Sequence record: OZ240615.1
DNA: 64,000 bases
Direction: 5' to 3' (one strand)
Position numbers and translations under genes: made by a program. The notes below the pieces were generated by a model. The model saw only the letters and a program-made list of their open reading frames with translations. It made no database searches and was not told the DNA's origin. Of this stretch, positions 15,999-24,154 are shown piece by piece (position 1 is the first letter of the stretch; the number at the start of each line of letters is the position of its first letter).

Positions 15999-17273
15999 TT
16001 ACGCCGGATCCGGGTTAGGGATATTGACGTCACTGATACCCACCGCTACATCGGGATTAGGTTCAACGCTGTCATTTTGCTTCCTTTCGATTCGTAATTT
16101 CTCGGGGTGTTTCAGATTAAAACGACGCCGCATTTGGTAGAGATAATTGTTATCGTCGTCATCGCCGATAAATTTGATTTCATACCCAACCCGGTCAAAA
16201 TAACTGTAGGTATCAGAGCGACTGTTTTTACGTTCTAATCCAACAACGACTTTCCCTTTAAACCGCTTATAGTCTTCCGTCCAACTCTGGAAATGTTTTG
16301 TTGGGAAACAGGGCGTTGAGAAGCTGATCTCGTAAACGGCTCCTCTGAACCAGGTCAGTTTATCATCAATAAGTTGAGCGTCATTAGGGATCAACGCGAT
16401 CAACCGCATCAACGGGTAAATAAGGTCTCGATGGATTGTTTCTCCTCGAAACTCACCACCAACCCTGACGATCTCTTCCCCGTTATCGTAGCCATCGGAC
16501 CAGGTTGCGTTATCAAGGCTCCTGATCGCTTTCTGCCGAGCCTTTGAATCGAATTGACCCATCAGCTTAATGTAATGAAGAAACGTCTCTGTGAGCGTAT
16601 CACAGAGTGTAGGGTCGATGAAAAACGATTCCGGTCGGATGTAATTTCCTTCAACGAAACCCGCTCCGGAACGAAGATACCTCAACTCAATAAACACTTC
16701 GGCGTGCTGCGGGTTAATTTCAATAGTTGCTGCGTTGTCGAGATAAAAATGTTTCTCCGGTTTATCGGGCTCACTCCACGGGAAGGTAATTTCGGTAGAG
16801 GAATAATAGTTGTGATAACCAATAAACTCGCCACTAAAATTACTCGGGTGGTAAAATACCCGACCGTCGTTATAACGCGCTATTCCGTCGTCGTCTAAAA
16901 ACAGCGCACCACAACGCTTATTTTGTTTATTCCCATACCCGTGATCAACCCACTCTTCCGGTTCCCCTGTCAACGGAGTCAGCGGAGAAAAGCTGAGCAG
17001 TTTGATAAGAATATCCAACACCCGGGTACGTTCAGTTGTCTCGTCAATGCGAGAAAATAATAACTGACTGAATCCGTAAAGGAGAGAATCTTTATCTTCG
17101 ATAGGGGAAAGGTTTTCTTTCCAATGACGCATGGAACCAATTAAACAACTAGCACTTCCGCCGGAGTGACCCTGCCCGTCCCAGATCTCGTAACACTCTC
17201 TTAAGAGGTCACAGGTTTCCGCGTCTAATTTGGCGAAAATGAATTCCACTTCGAAATGACTTTTCAAACTCAT
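15999..17273 (-). CDS. conserved phage hypothetical protein
   Basis: QGHSGGSA...PLTPLTGEPEEW...QNKRC motif seen in phage proteins of unknown function. Confidence 0.6.
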   Translation of the reverse strand: MSLKSHFEVEFIFAKLDAETCDLLRECYEIWDGQGHSGGSASCLIGSMRHWKENLSPIEDKDSLLYGFSQLLFSRIDETTERTRVLDILIKLLSFSPLTPLTGEPEEWVDHGYGNKQNKRCGALFLDDDGIARYNDGRVFYHPSNFSGEFIGYHNYYSSTEITFPWSEPDKPEKHFYLDNAATIEINPQHAEVFIELRYLRSGAGFVEGNYIRPESFFIDPTLCDTLTETFLHYIKLMGQFDSKARQKAIRSLDNATWSDGYDNGEEIVRVGGEFRGETIHRDLIYPLMRLIALIPNDAQLIDDKLTWFRGAVYEISFSTPCFPTKHFQSWTEDYKRFKGKVVVGLERKNSRSDTYSYFDRVGYEIKFIGDDDDNNYLYQMRRRFNLKHPEKLRIERKQNDSVEPNPDVAVGISDVNIPNPDPA

Positions 17274-17461
17274 GGTTTTGATTTCCTATTGGCTTTGTTT
17301 TCGATTAGTAATAGTATTTAAAGCTGTAGTCTGTATGCGTTTAAACGCTGTTCTTCTTATTTTCAAAACAAATAGATACCGCGTATTTTTTTCTGGGTTA
17401 TCGGCCCGGTATTTTATGTTACCGTAACGTATCAAACACTTTGCAAAGGTTAAAATAAAAA

Positions 17462-18757
17462 ATGAAACATACACGTAATGTTCTTAAGGCGCTCGCATCA
17501 AAACCTTCTTTAGAGGCCCAGGCTTTCGAGGCTTTACAGGAAGGTCAGAGTGCTGATCTCAGTTTCCTGGCACTGGAAGCTTATGAACTCACCGATGAGG
17601 TCACCGAGCAGCTCGACGAAGCCGGTGAACTGGAAGAGAAAACAGAACGCGGTGAAGTACTCAAAGATTTCATCCAATCCGAAATTGCTAATGACGACCG
17701 CGTAGCGACCCCTAACGAAATCGCTTTAATCGAGCAAGCCACCGACGCGGTTGTTGACGGCACTGGTGAGACGGTTGAAACCGTCATCCCATCTCTGGAG
17801 TCGTTTGAAGTGAAAGGCGCCGCTGCACCGTCATTGGAAGCGTTAGGTGGGACAATTTCCGACTTCGCAAAAGGCGCGATCCAACTGGTTAAGAACGCAG
17901 GTGATTCTTTTAAGAAGTACCTCAAAGGTCTGTTCTCTCGTCTTGAGGCTTTGAAGAACTTAATCAATGACGTTGAGAAGCAAGCCGCCAGCGCAGAGTT
18001 TGCTGAATCAGTTGACGTCTCAGCCGCACTTTCGGTTTCCGCTGCTTGGGACGATAACAGCTTTGCCTCCACATTCGATAAAGCCATTTCCGGAATGGAA
18101 GTAATCGCGAAGAAAACTACCGAACTGTCCGGTCCCTACGCTCAGAAACTGCTGACTAAACACGACGAGTTTGTCAACCTGGTTCAGAAAACGTTTGACG
18201 GGGCATTAGGGCGCAGCGATAAAAAATCCCTCGAGCGTTCCGATCTGGCGAAGAAATTTATCAACAACGCCGAAGCACTGGCTGCGTTGTTCCAGGGTAG
18301 CCTTTCTGACGGAAAAGAGTTCGGCGGACTGTATGTCTCTAATGGCGAGAAATTAAAAAGTTCCGACGATTTCAGCGCTGTATCTAAATCGATCGTTAAA
18401 TGTGTACCGCAGGTTTTCCGTGCTGGTAATGTCGATGGTCGTTCCTTCACCATGACCGGCGTGAACAAAGAGTCTGTACGTCGCCTGTGTTCGATTCTGA
18501 AGAACTCTACCGGCAGCCTGTCCAGAACTAAAGCAACCGGCACTATGTTTAATGTCGATTTCTTTACGACGCAGAACGATTTTGGTTTAGTGAGTTCAAT
18601 CGTCTTTGGTATCAGCTCCACTCAATTCCAGATGGCGATTAACCGCGTGAACCGCGCGTACATTTCCGGCTATACTCGCCCGTTGATGCAGTACATCAAC
18701 CACTACTTCCGTGTAGCGGAAGCGCAGCTGGCGATCGCCAAAAAAGCCATGAAATAA
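17462..18757 (+). CDS. virion inner-head protein, phiKZ/SPN3US multi-copy head-protein type
   Basis: Acidic propeptide with repeated SLE/ALE/AFE motifs (prohead protease S/A-x-E sites) followed by a helical region. Confidence 0.75.
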   Translation: MKHTRNVLKALASKPSLEAQAFEALQEGQSADLSFLALEAYELTDEVTEQLDEAGELEEKTERGEVLKDFIQSEIANDDRVATPNEIALIEQATDAVVDGTGETVETVIPSLESFEVKGAAAPSLEALGGTISDFAKGAIQLVKNAGDSFKKYLKGLFSRLEALKNLINDVEKQAASAEFAESVDVSAALSVSAAWDDNSFASTFDKAISGMEVIAKKTTELSGPYAQKLLTKHDEFVNLVQKTFDGALGRSDKKSLERSDLAKKFINNAEALAALFQGSLSDGKEFGGLYVSNGEKLKSSDDFSAVSKSIVKCVPQVFRAGNVDGRSFTMTGVNKESVRRLCSILKNSTGSLSRTKATGTMFNVDFFTTQNDFGLVSSIVFGISSTQFQMAINRVNRAYISGYTRPLMQYINHYFRVAEAQLAIAKKAMK

Positions 18758-18774
18758 AAAATAAAAGAAAACAT

Positions 18775-18807
18775 TTTCCTCTCTCCGCCAAAAGCGGAGA
18801 GAGGAAA
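18775..18807. terminator. Bidirectional terminator
   Basis: TTTCCTCTCTCCGC-CAAAA-GCGGAGAGAGGAAA between convergent genes. Confidence 0.8.
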
Positions 18808-18812
18808 TATGC

Positions 18813-19178
18813 TTATTTGATAATTTTCCCGTTAAGGAGGTTTACAAGGAACAAGCGGTAGTCGGCATCTTCCACTTCAGGGAGAATTTCGCCTTGAACC
18901 GCCGCCGCTACGCTCCGGTATTTCGTGATGTCAATATCGACAACGTCCTTTCCTACTTGACTATCCGAATACCCGATGATCGTAGACTCGATTTCTTTTA
19001 CAATAACTTCTAAAGGTAAATCAAGTTCACGCCATCTGCCTTTAGCACCGTCGTAAATATTCTGCAAAGTGGCAGACTCACTGCTGTTAGAGAAAAGTAG
19101 TTTGGTGAAAAACCCCAAAACCTTTTTACTCTGTACTAGCCGCGCAAACAGTACCGAATCATAATCTTTCAGGTACAT
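18813..19178 (-). CDS. hypothetical protein
   Basis: AGGAG SD. Confidence 0.65.
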   Translation of the reverse strand: MYLKDYDSVLFARLVQSKKVLGFFTKLLFSNSSESATLQNIYDGAKGRWRELDLPLEVIVKEIESTIIGYSDSQVGKDVVDIDITKYRSVAAAVQGEILPEVEDADYRLFLVNLLNGKIIK

Positions 19179-19199
19179 CTTTACTCTCCTTTATTTCCG

Positions 19200-19553
19200 C
19201 TAATCGGTTTCTTTCACAAAATACTGAGGGTTAGCTTGGAGGAACGACTCCATTAGTATTACTGCCTTGCCCAAGTCATCACTGACAGAGAGTAAATTAG
19301 TCGAGGCAACGTAACCTTTTGTCCATCGCGTCGGCTGTTCTTTCATGTAATGAACTTCACAACGAAGTAGAAAAAAGAGCCCTCCGTTAAATTTGGCATC
19401 GCCGTCGATAATGTTTTCAGTCACACCGTAACTGGACCCTACGATAGAAATCCAATTTTTCATCGATTCTTTGGTCTTAAATTTCATGACATCGATGTCT
19501 TGAATACGGCTGACCTTTTTACTCAGCTGGTTTAATGCCTCAGTGATATTCAT
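19200..19553 (-). CDS. hypothetical protein
   Basis: ORF track; packing. Confidence 0.6.
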   Translation of the reverse strand: MNITEALNQLSKKVSRIQDIDVMKFKTKESMKNWISIVGSSYGVTENIIDGDAKFNGGLFFLLRCEVHYMKEQPTRWTKGYVASTNLLSVSDDLGKAVILMESFLQANPQYFVKETD

Positions 19554-19555
19554 TA

Positions 19556-20341
19556 TTACAGATCCAAAAGTCGTTTGGTTAATGCGCGGTGTTCTTCAAC
19601 TTCTTTCTGGAAATTTGAGCGCTGTAACGCTAACCAACTACTCGCATACTCCGGGTATTGGAGTAAAGTTGATTCGGCAATGCGATCTTCAACAGAACCT
19701 TTTCCGTCCCAAGGTTCTGCATAGTAGAAAACTTTGTGGTCGTCGATCAAGGGGTTAATAGGAAACTCATCGCGGCGAACCATGCGCGTTGAGGCGTAAC
19801 CTTGCCAATAGGCATACTTCGGTTTCGGGAAATTATGAACAGCGTCGGTTTTGTAAATAGGTCCTTCGAGCTCATAGCGGATCATCCGATGACAACCCCG
19901 ATGATGGTAGTGTTTGTAATATTCAGACCACTTCCAATCAGTAGGGTTATTGGTTAAAGGCCGCGGAGATTGCCCGGTGGCCAGTAATTCTACCGCCCGC
20001 ATGACCTTAGGAGAGAGTTCCTTTAAACCCGCTTTCTTTTGCGCTAGCAGAATAGATTGCATCAACGGAAAACGGGAAGGGTCATCGGTCAAATCGCGAG
20101 TGGAAAATGATTCCATGAAAGAACGAAATTGACTAAAAATGACCGATAATAATTTGACTTGAAACTGCGGTGTGATTTCATGAATAAATTGTTTTTCATT
20201 TTCAGTTAAATCCGCACCGTCGAGATAAATTTTATTCTTCGCCATTTTGTTCACTCCCAATTGATAAAGAGAATAAATGGACGGGAACGACCCGTCCATA
20301 TCATGTTTAACGCCCGTTAAAAATCTTTCGTGTAAAATCAC
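19556..20341 (-). CDS. hypothetical protein, partial similarity to 15999..17273
   Basis: PRPLTNNPTDW vs PLTPLTGEPEEW. Confidence 0.55.
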   Translation of the reverse strand: MILHERFLTGVKHDMDGSFPSIYSLYQLGVNKMAKNKIYLDGADLTENEKQFIHEITPQFQVKLLSVIFSQFRSFMESFSTRDLTDDPSRFPLMQSILLAQKKAGLKELSPKVMRAVELLATGQSPRPLTNNPTDWKWSEYYKHYHHRGCHRMIRYELEGPIYKTDAVHNFPKPKYAYWQGYASTRMVRRDEFPINPLIDDHKVFYYAEPWDGKGSVEDRIAESTLLQYPEYASSWLALQRSNFQKEVEEHRALTKRLLDL

Positions 20342-20879
20342 GCTCTACGTCGACCGTAGTGAGACCATAAGCGCAAAGGATACCTTGGATATAGCCTAAC
20401 CATCTGTGCTTCTTAGAGAGGCTCTGAAGAAGGTCATTTTCCAGCGTATCTAACATCCCCAGCAGATGCCCCGCGTTAAGATAAGGTGTAGTAGGTAAAG
20501 CGCCACCTTTCTCTTTAATCAGTGAACGATACCGGTTAAGAATGGTCGGGTAAAATGCCTTTGGTACCAGATGAAAATCGCTGAGGCTCCCGTGTAACAT
20601 ACAGTCGGTGTTAATGGGAGTATCTTCTGGAACGTAATCTGTTTCAGGTTCATTCTCGTGGAAATAGGCAATCTCTGATGCTGGGTGTGCCTCCACGACC
20701 AGCGTAATAGGAGTCGGAGTTTCTGAGTTCCCTACGCCATCCAGAAGGGTAAGGAACTGATGCGTCATTAGCTCACACGCTTCCTCGACCGTTCCAGTAT
20801 TCCGAGCCACATAACGAGCAATTCCTTTCACGTCAGAAAGGAATCCTTCCAATAACGCTTCTTTGGTTAATTCAGGCAT
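20307..20879 (-). CDS. conserved phage hypothetical protein
   Basis: C-terminal HRWLGYIQG motif. Confidence 0.6.
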   Translation of the reverse strand: MPELTKEALLEGFLSDVKGIARYVARNTGTVEEACELMTHQFLTLLDGVGNSETPTPITLVVEAHPASEIAYFHENEPETDYVPEDTPINTDCMLHGSLSDFHLVPKAFYPTILNRYRSLIKEKGGALPTTPYLNAGHLLGMLDTLENDLLQSLSKKHRWLGYIQGILCAYGLTTVDVERDFTRKIFNGR

Positions 20880-20880
20880 C

Positions 20881-21144
20881 TTAGCACCTCATCAGAAAGA
20901 GTGACCATGAACCCATCGAAAGGGAAAGAAGCAAGTAAAAATACGCCCACTTCACATTCTTTAGATTTTCTTTTCTCATTTCCCGGTGAAAAATAAAGTA
21001 GAATAAGAAACTTAAAAGTACACCAATAACCAACACGGACAACGCAAGGGTTTTCGGAATAAAACCGTCTGTATTTAGACCAACCATCGCCCCCACAGTG
21101 TTAGTAATAATAAATAAATAAAACATAAGGTTAAGTGACTTCAT
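20881..21144 (-). CDS. three-TM membrane protein (start revised to MKSLNL)
   Basis: Hydrophobic segments; longer start would overlap tdk. Confidence 0.6.
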   Translation of the reverse strand: MKSLNLMFYLFIITNTVGAMVGLNTDGFIPKTLALSVLVIGVLLSFLFYFIFHREMRKENLKNVKWAYFYLLLSLSMGSWSLFLMRC

Positions 21145-21145
21145 G

Positions 21146-21739
21146 TTATTTTTTACCCACCCCTGATTCACTGGGCTGTTGTAATGCCCAATGTTTCGAA
21201 CACACGGAAATATAACTGTCGTTCCCGCCAATTTGTACCTGCGGACCTACAACCACGACTTCGCCTTTGTCGTTGAGTCGTAAAACGAAACGGGCTTTCT
21301 TTCCACACCAACAGACAGTAGGAACTTCTTCCAGCTTATCCGCTACCGCTAAAAGTACGGCCGATGCAGGGAACGCTTCCCGTTGAAAGTCTGTCCGCAG
21401 TCCATAGCACAGAACGGTAACGTCATTTAAGTCGACGAGTGAGCGTAATTCGTAAACGTGGAAAGGTTCCAGGAATTGCGCTTCATCGACTAAGATAACC
21501 TTAGGGTATTGACGGTCTTTGTAGATGTCCGTTAAGAACGAAGTGTTCTTATCAAGTATAACACAATCGCCAGATAACCCGATACGAGAACTCACTTTCC
21601 CTTTCTCGTCCCGCGTATCGATAGCCGGTTTGAAAATATCAACAGTCATTCCACGCTCGCGATAGTTATACGCGGTTTGCAGAAGGTTAGAGGACTTCGA
21701 GGAATTCATAGCACCGTAACGAAAGACTAAGTTAGACAT
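21146..21739 (-). CDS. tdk: thymidine kinase (type II)
   Basis: YGAMNSSKS P-loop, FKPAIDTRD, VDEAQFL, YGLRTDF, Zn-site CWCG...C; start revised to MSNLVF. Confidence 0.95.
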   Translation of the reverse strand: MSNLVFRYGAMNSSKSSNLLQTAYNYRERGMTVDIFKPAIDTRDEKGKVSSRIGLSGDCVILDKNTSFLTDIYKDRQYPKVILVDEAQFLEPFHVYELRSLVDLNDVTVLCYGLRTDFQREAFPASAVLLAVADKLEEVPTVCWCGKKARFVLRLNDKGEVVVVGPQVQIGGNDSYISVCSKHWALQQPSESGVGKK

Positions 21740-21740
21740 C

Positions 21741-22049
21741 TCACACCCCCATCGCAATTAAATTTAATAATACGATTAACCCAGAAATCACCGAAGCAAA
21801 GTAATACCATCGACGAGCGGTTTCTGATTTCTTTTTCTTGTCCAAGTGCTCTATTCGCCAGATACAAAGAAATAAACTGATTGCCCCAATACCAATTGCC
21901 GTAAAGGAAAATATAGGATTGGGATCTATTTGGTGGATGGGTTTTGTTGTTACTGCTACCACGAGAACAACAAAAAACATGACAAATGATAAGTGGGTAT
22001 TAGGGGCCCATTTATTAGACGATTTCATGGATAAGTCCTTATCAAACAA
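21741..22049 (-). CDS. three-TM membrane protein
   Basis: Hydrophobic segments. Confidence 0.6.
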   Translation of the reverse strand: MFDKDLSMKSSNKWAPNTHLSFVMFFVVLVVAVTTKPIHQIDPNPIFSFTAIGIGAISLFLCIWRIEHLDKKKKSETARRWYYFASVISGLIVLLNLIAMGV

Positions 22050-22055
22050 AAAGAA

Positions 22056-22078
22056 AAAGAGGGAACAACTCCCTCTTT
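22056..22078 (-). terminator. Intrinsic terminator
   Basis: AAAGAGGGA-ACAAC-TCCCTCTTT with A-tract. Confidence 0.65.
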
Positions 22079-22088
22079 AGTTAAAACC

Positions 22089-22751
22089 TTAACCGTAGTA
22101 GTCTACGCACTCAATTACCCACGCGTGAAAAGCAATGGCAGCGCTTTCTGTCTGGAATGGAATTTGATAATCGTTAACGAACACGATATTTTCTTCCCGA
22201 GCGACGACATTGACATTATTCCAGCGTACGTAAACGATCATCCCCTGAGAGATTGTATTATCGATATAGCTAAACTTCTTCTCGTCAGCCTCGTCTTCAA
22301 CTTCAGAGAAGAATTGGAGGTCTTTTTCCGAGTAGGGTTCTGCATCTTCCCCAATGAAGTATGCAGAAGGAGACGGCATAGGTTTGGCGTCATCTACAAT
22401 CCCATAGGTCTTCAACCAAAGATCGGAGATGATAGTTTTCGCCACCTCCGCGCATTGATCTGTAGGGTAATGTAAAATGACCTCTTCTTCTTCTAGATAT
22501 TCGAGTATCACCATCTGAGGAGGTTGTAGACTAATCTCACGCAGTTTGCTGAAAGGGATAACTCTCAAACTTTTGTGTACCCGAACTGCTAAACCACCAA
22601 CACCGAGGTTATTGATGAGATCAAGAAGATATTTAACTTCAACATCGCTCAGGAGGGTATCGTCTGAGATGTATTTATCGAGACTAAAAGCCATTATGTT
22701 ACTCCCTATCAAGTGTATAAGTGAATAAGACACGGTACGGAAAAATTTCAC
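22089..22751 (-). CDS. hypothetical protein
   Basis: ORF track; true start probably MAFSLD. Confidence 0.6.
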   Translation of the reverse strand: MKFFRTVSYSLIHLIGSNIMAFSLDKYISDDTLLSDVEVKYLLDLINNLGVGGLAVRVHKSLRVIPFSKLREISLQPPQMVILEYLEEEEVILHYPTDQCAEVAKTIISDLWLKTYGIVDDAKPMPSPSAYFIGEDAEPYSEKDLQFFSEVEDEADEKKFSYIDNTISQGMIVYVRWNNVNVVAREENIVFVNDYQIPFQTESAAIAFHAWVIECVDYYG

Positions 22752-23067
22752 TACTCCCGCGCCATTTCCGATTTGGGTCGTTGAGTTTTATTGTTTCGTT
22801 GATACGCTGGCGCAATAAGTTGACCTGCGTTTCCAGAATGTAATTGAAATCGGGTTGGTCTCCTCCCCATATCGCCTGGCCCTTGGCTTTTACATCAAGA
22901 GTAATGACGCCCTCGATAAAATTACAAGTGAAAAATATTTCAGAGCCAAGAGACCCGGTGCGCGAGCCGTAGTCTGCATCTTTCGCCAGAAAACCTTCCA
23001 TGGCGCGAATTAAAAATTCGCAGGTTTCGTTATACGCTTTGGCGCGTAAAAGGGCGGTTGTTGTCAT
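22699..23067 (-). CDS. hypothetical protein
   Basis: ORF track; packing. Confidence 0.6.
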   Translation of the reverse strand: MTTTALLRAKAYNETCEFLIRAMEGFLAKDADYGSRTGSLGSEIFFTCNFIEGVITLDVKAKGQAIWGGDQPDFNYILETQVNLLRQRINETIKLNDPNRKWRGSSEIFPYRVLFTYTLDRE

Positions 23068-23651
23068 CGTAATTCCCCCATGACTTTTTCAAGCCAATCG
23101 TAAACCATTTGATGAGATAGATCGTATATGTTGATACAGGGAATTCCCCTGTCCAACGCAATTTTGTACGCGGACCGTGTACCGCCTTTAGGTAAACCCT
23201 CTTTGTCTTGCGGCGCGCAAGCAATGAGAAAAGAAGAGGGGCTTTCACAGTCTTCCCCTAAAATCTGGAAGACATTTCTGATATGAAAAACTTTTTGTCC
23301 GTCAGTGAGTCTGTCCCATACCGGATGAACGTCTTTGATAATTTCACTTGCCTTATTGATATTTTCAGCAGTGTAATTAAAACGATCGTAGCGGTCGGAA
23401 ACAAAAACGTTGTGTCGTTCAAAGGTTTTCCACGGAAGGAATATTTGCGGGTCACGTATGTAGTCATTATCGCGAAGGGCTTTCTCGAAGCCTACCTGGT
23501 ACGCTTGGTCTGCCCCCGGCGCTTTTCCTGACCGCATTGAATAACCCTGCTCACAAATGAAGAAACCGAGTTCCTCACAAAAGGAAAAATGTGCATGTCC
23601 AATATCAGTTGCACCAATAGTGGTGACGTAGGAGAATTCGGCGTTCTTCAT
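23064..23651 (-). CDS. SLOG-superfamily (DprA/Smf-like) nucleotide-binding protein
   Basis: MRSGKAPGADQA, FLPW, RNVFQILG, GGTRSA motifs. Confidence 0.7.
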   Translation of the reverse strand: MKNAEFSYVTTIGATDIGHAHFSFCEELGFFICEQGYSMRSGKAPGADQAYQVGFEKALRDNDYIRDPQIFLPWKTFERHNVFVSDRYDRFNYTAENINKASEIIKDVHPVWDRLTDGQKVFHIRNVFQILGEDCESPSSFLIACAPQDKEGLPKGGTRSAYKIALDRGIPCINIYDLSHQMVYDWLEKVMGELR

Positions 23652-23664
23652 CGTGTATTCCTTC

Positions 23665-23991
23665 TTAATAGAGCCTTATTAACATAGTGACACCGGAGGT
23701 GATTTTCACCACCCCGGCTAAGAAGGTGATGAACATCGCTCTGGCATACGTTCGGTTATACGACCAAAAGGAGAGCTGAAAAGCTAATACTCCCCACCCT
23801 AAACCCAATAGAATAATAATGACGGCAATGATCGACTGTTCCATGACGGACCAATTTCCGAGGAATCGACTGACGTTGATTCCTATCCAGAGCCCGCCAA
23901 GAAAAGCAAGCGTTGTCAACGCCGCCAACATCAATTTATTCTTCGTCGTCATCGTCATCCTCTTCGTCGTTAGATTGACCCAGAAATGCAA
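23665..23991 (-). CDS. three-TM membrane protein (start uncertain, likely downstream)
   Basis: Hydrophobic segments; 5' part overlaps the acidic peptide ORF. Confidence 0.55.
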   Translation of the reverse strand: MHFWVNLTTKRMTMTTKNKLMLAALTTLAFLGGLWIGINVSRFLGNWSVMEQSIIAVIIILLGLGWGVLAFQLSFWSYNRTYARAMFITFLAGVVKITSGVTMLIRLY

Positions 23992-24019
23992 GGACGATTA
24001 AATCGAGTAAATCAGACAT
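23936..24019 (-). CDS. 27-aa acidic-tailed peptide (not in ORF track)
   Basis: Manual: MSDLLDLIVLAFLGQSNDEEDDDDDEE*; GGAG SD; first ORF of meaningful length after promoter copy 4. Confidence 0.5.
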   Translation of the reverse strand: MSDLLDLIVLAFLGQSNDEEDDDDDEE

Positions 24020-24058
24020 AGTGTTTTAAAGCTCCATTGTTGTTAGTTGGACTAATTC

Positions 24059-24086
24059 CAATAGAGTGATATAGGTGTCAAATTAA
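24059..24086 (-). promoter_or_regulatory. Putative phage early promoter, copy 4
   Basis: Minus strand TTTGACACCTATATCACTCTATTG. Confidence 0.7.
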
Positions 24087-24154
24087 TTGGATTCCTCGTT
24101 AAAAGAGATGGCAAGTTTCCTATGACTTTTGACCTATGTGATAAGGTAAATGAA

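Noticed and set aside
17300-17325. Possible ninth early promoter (minus TTTAAATACTATTAC)
   Set aside because: Needs a 1-nt gap and lacks the downstream TG; not counted, though still possible.
17581-18621. Two minus-strand ORFs of 168 and 145 aa
   Set aside because: Ser/Ala-rich antisense shadows of the head-protein gene.
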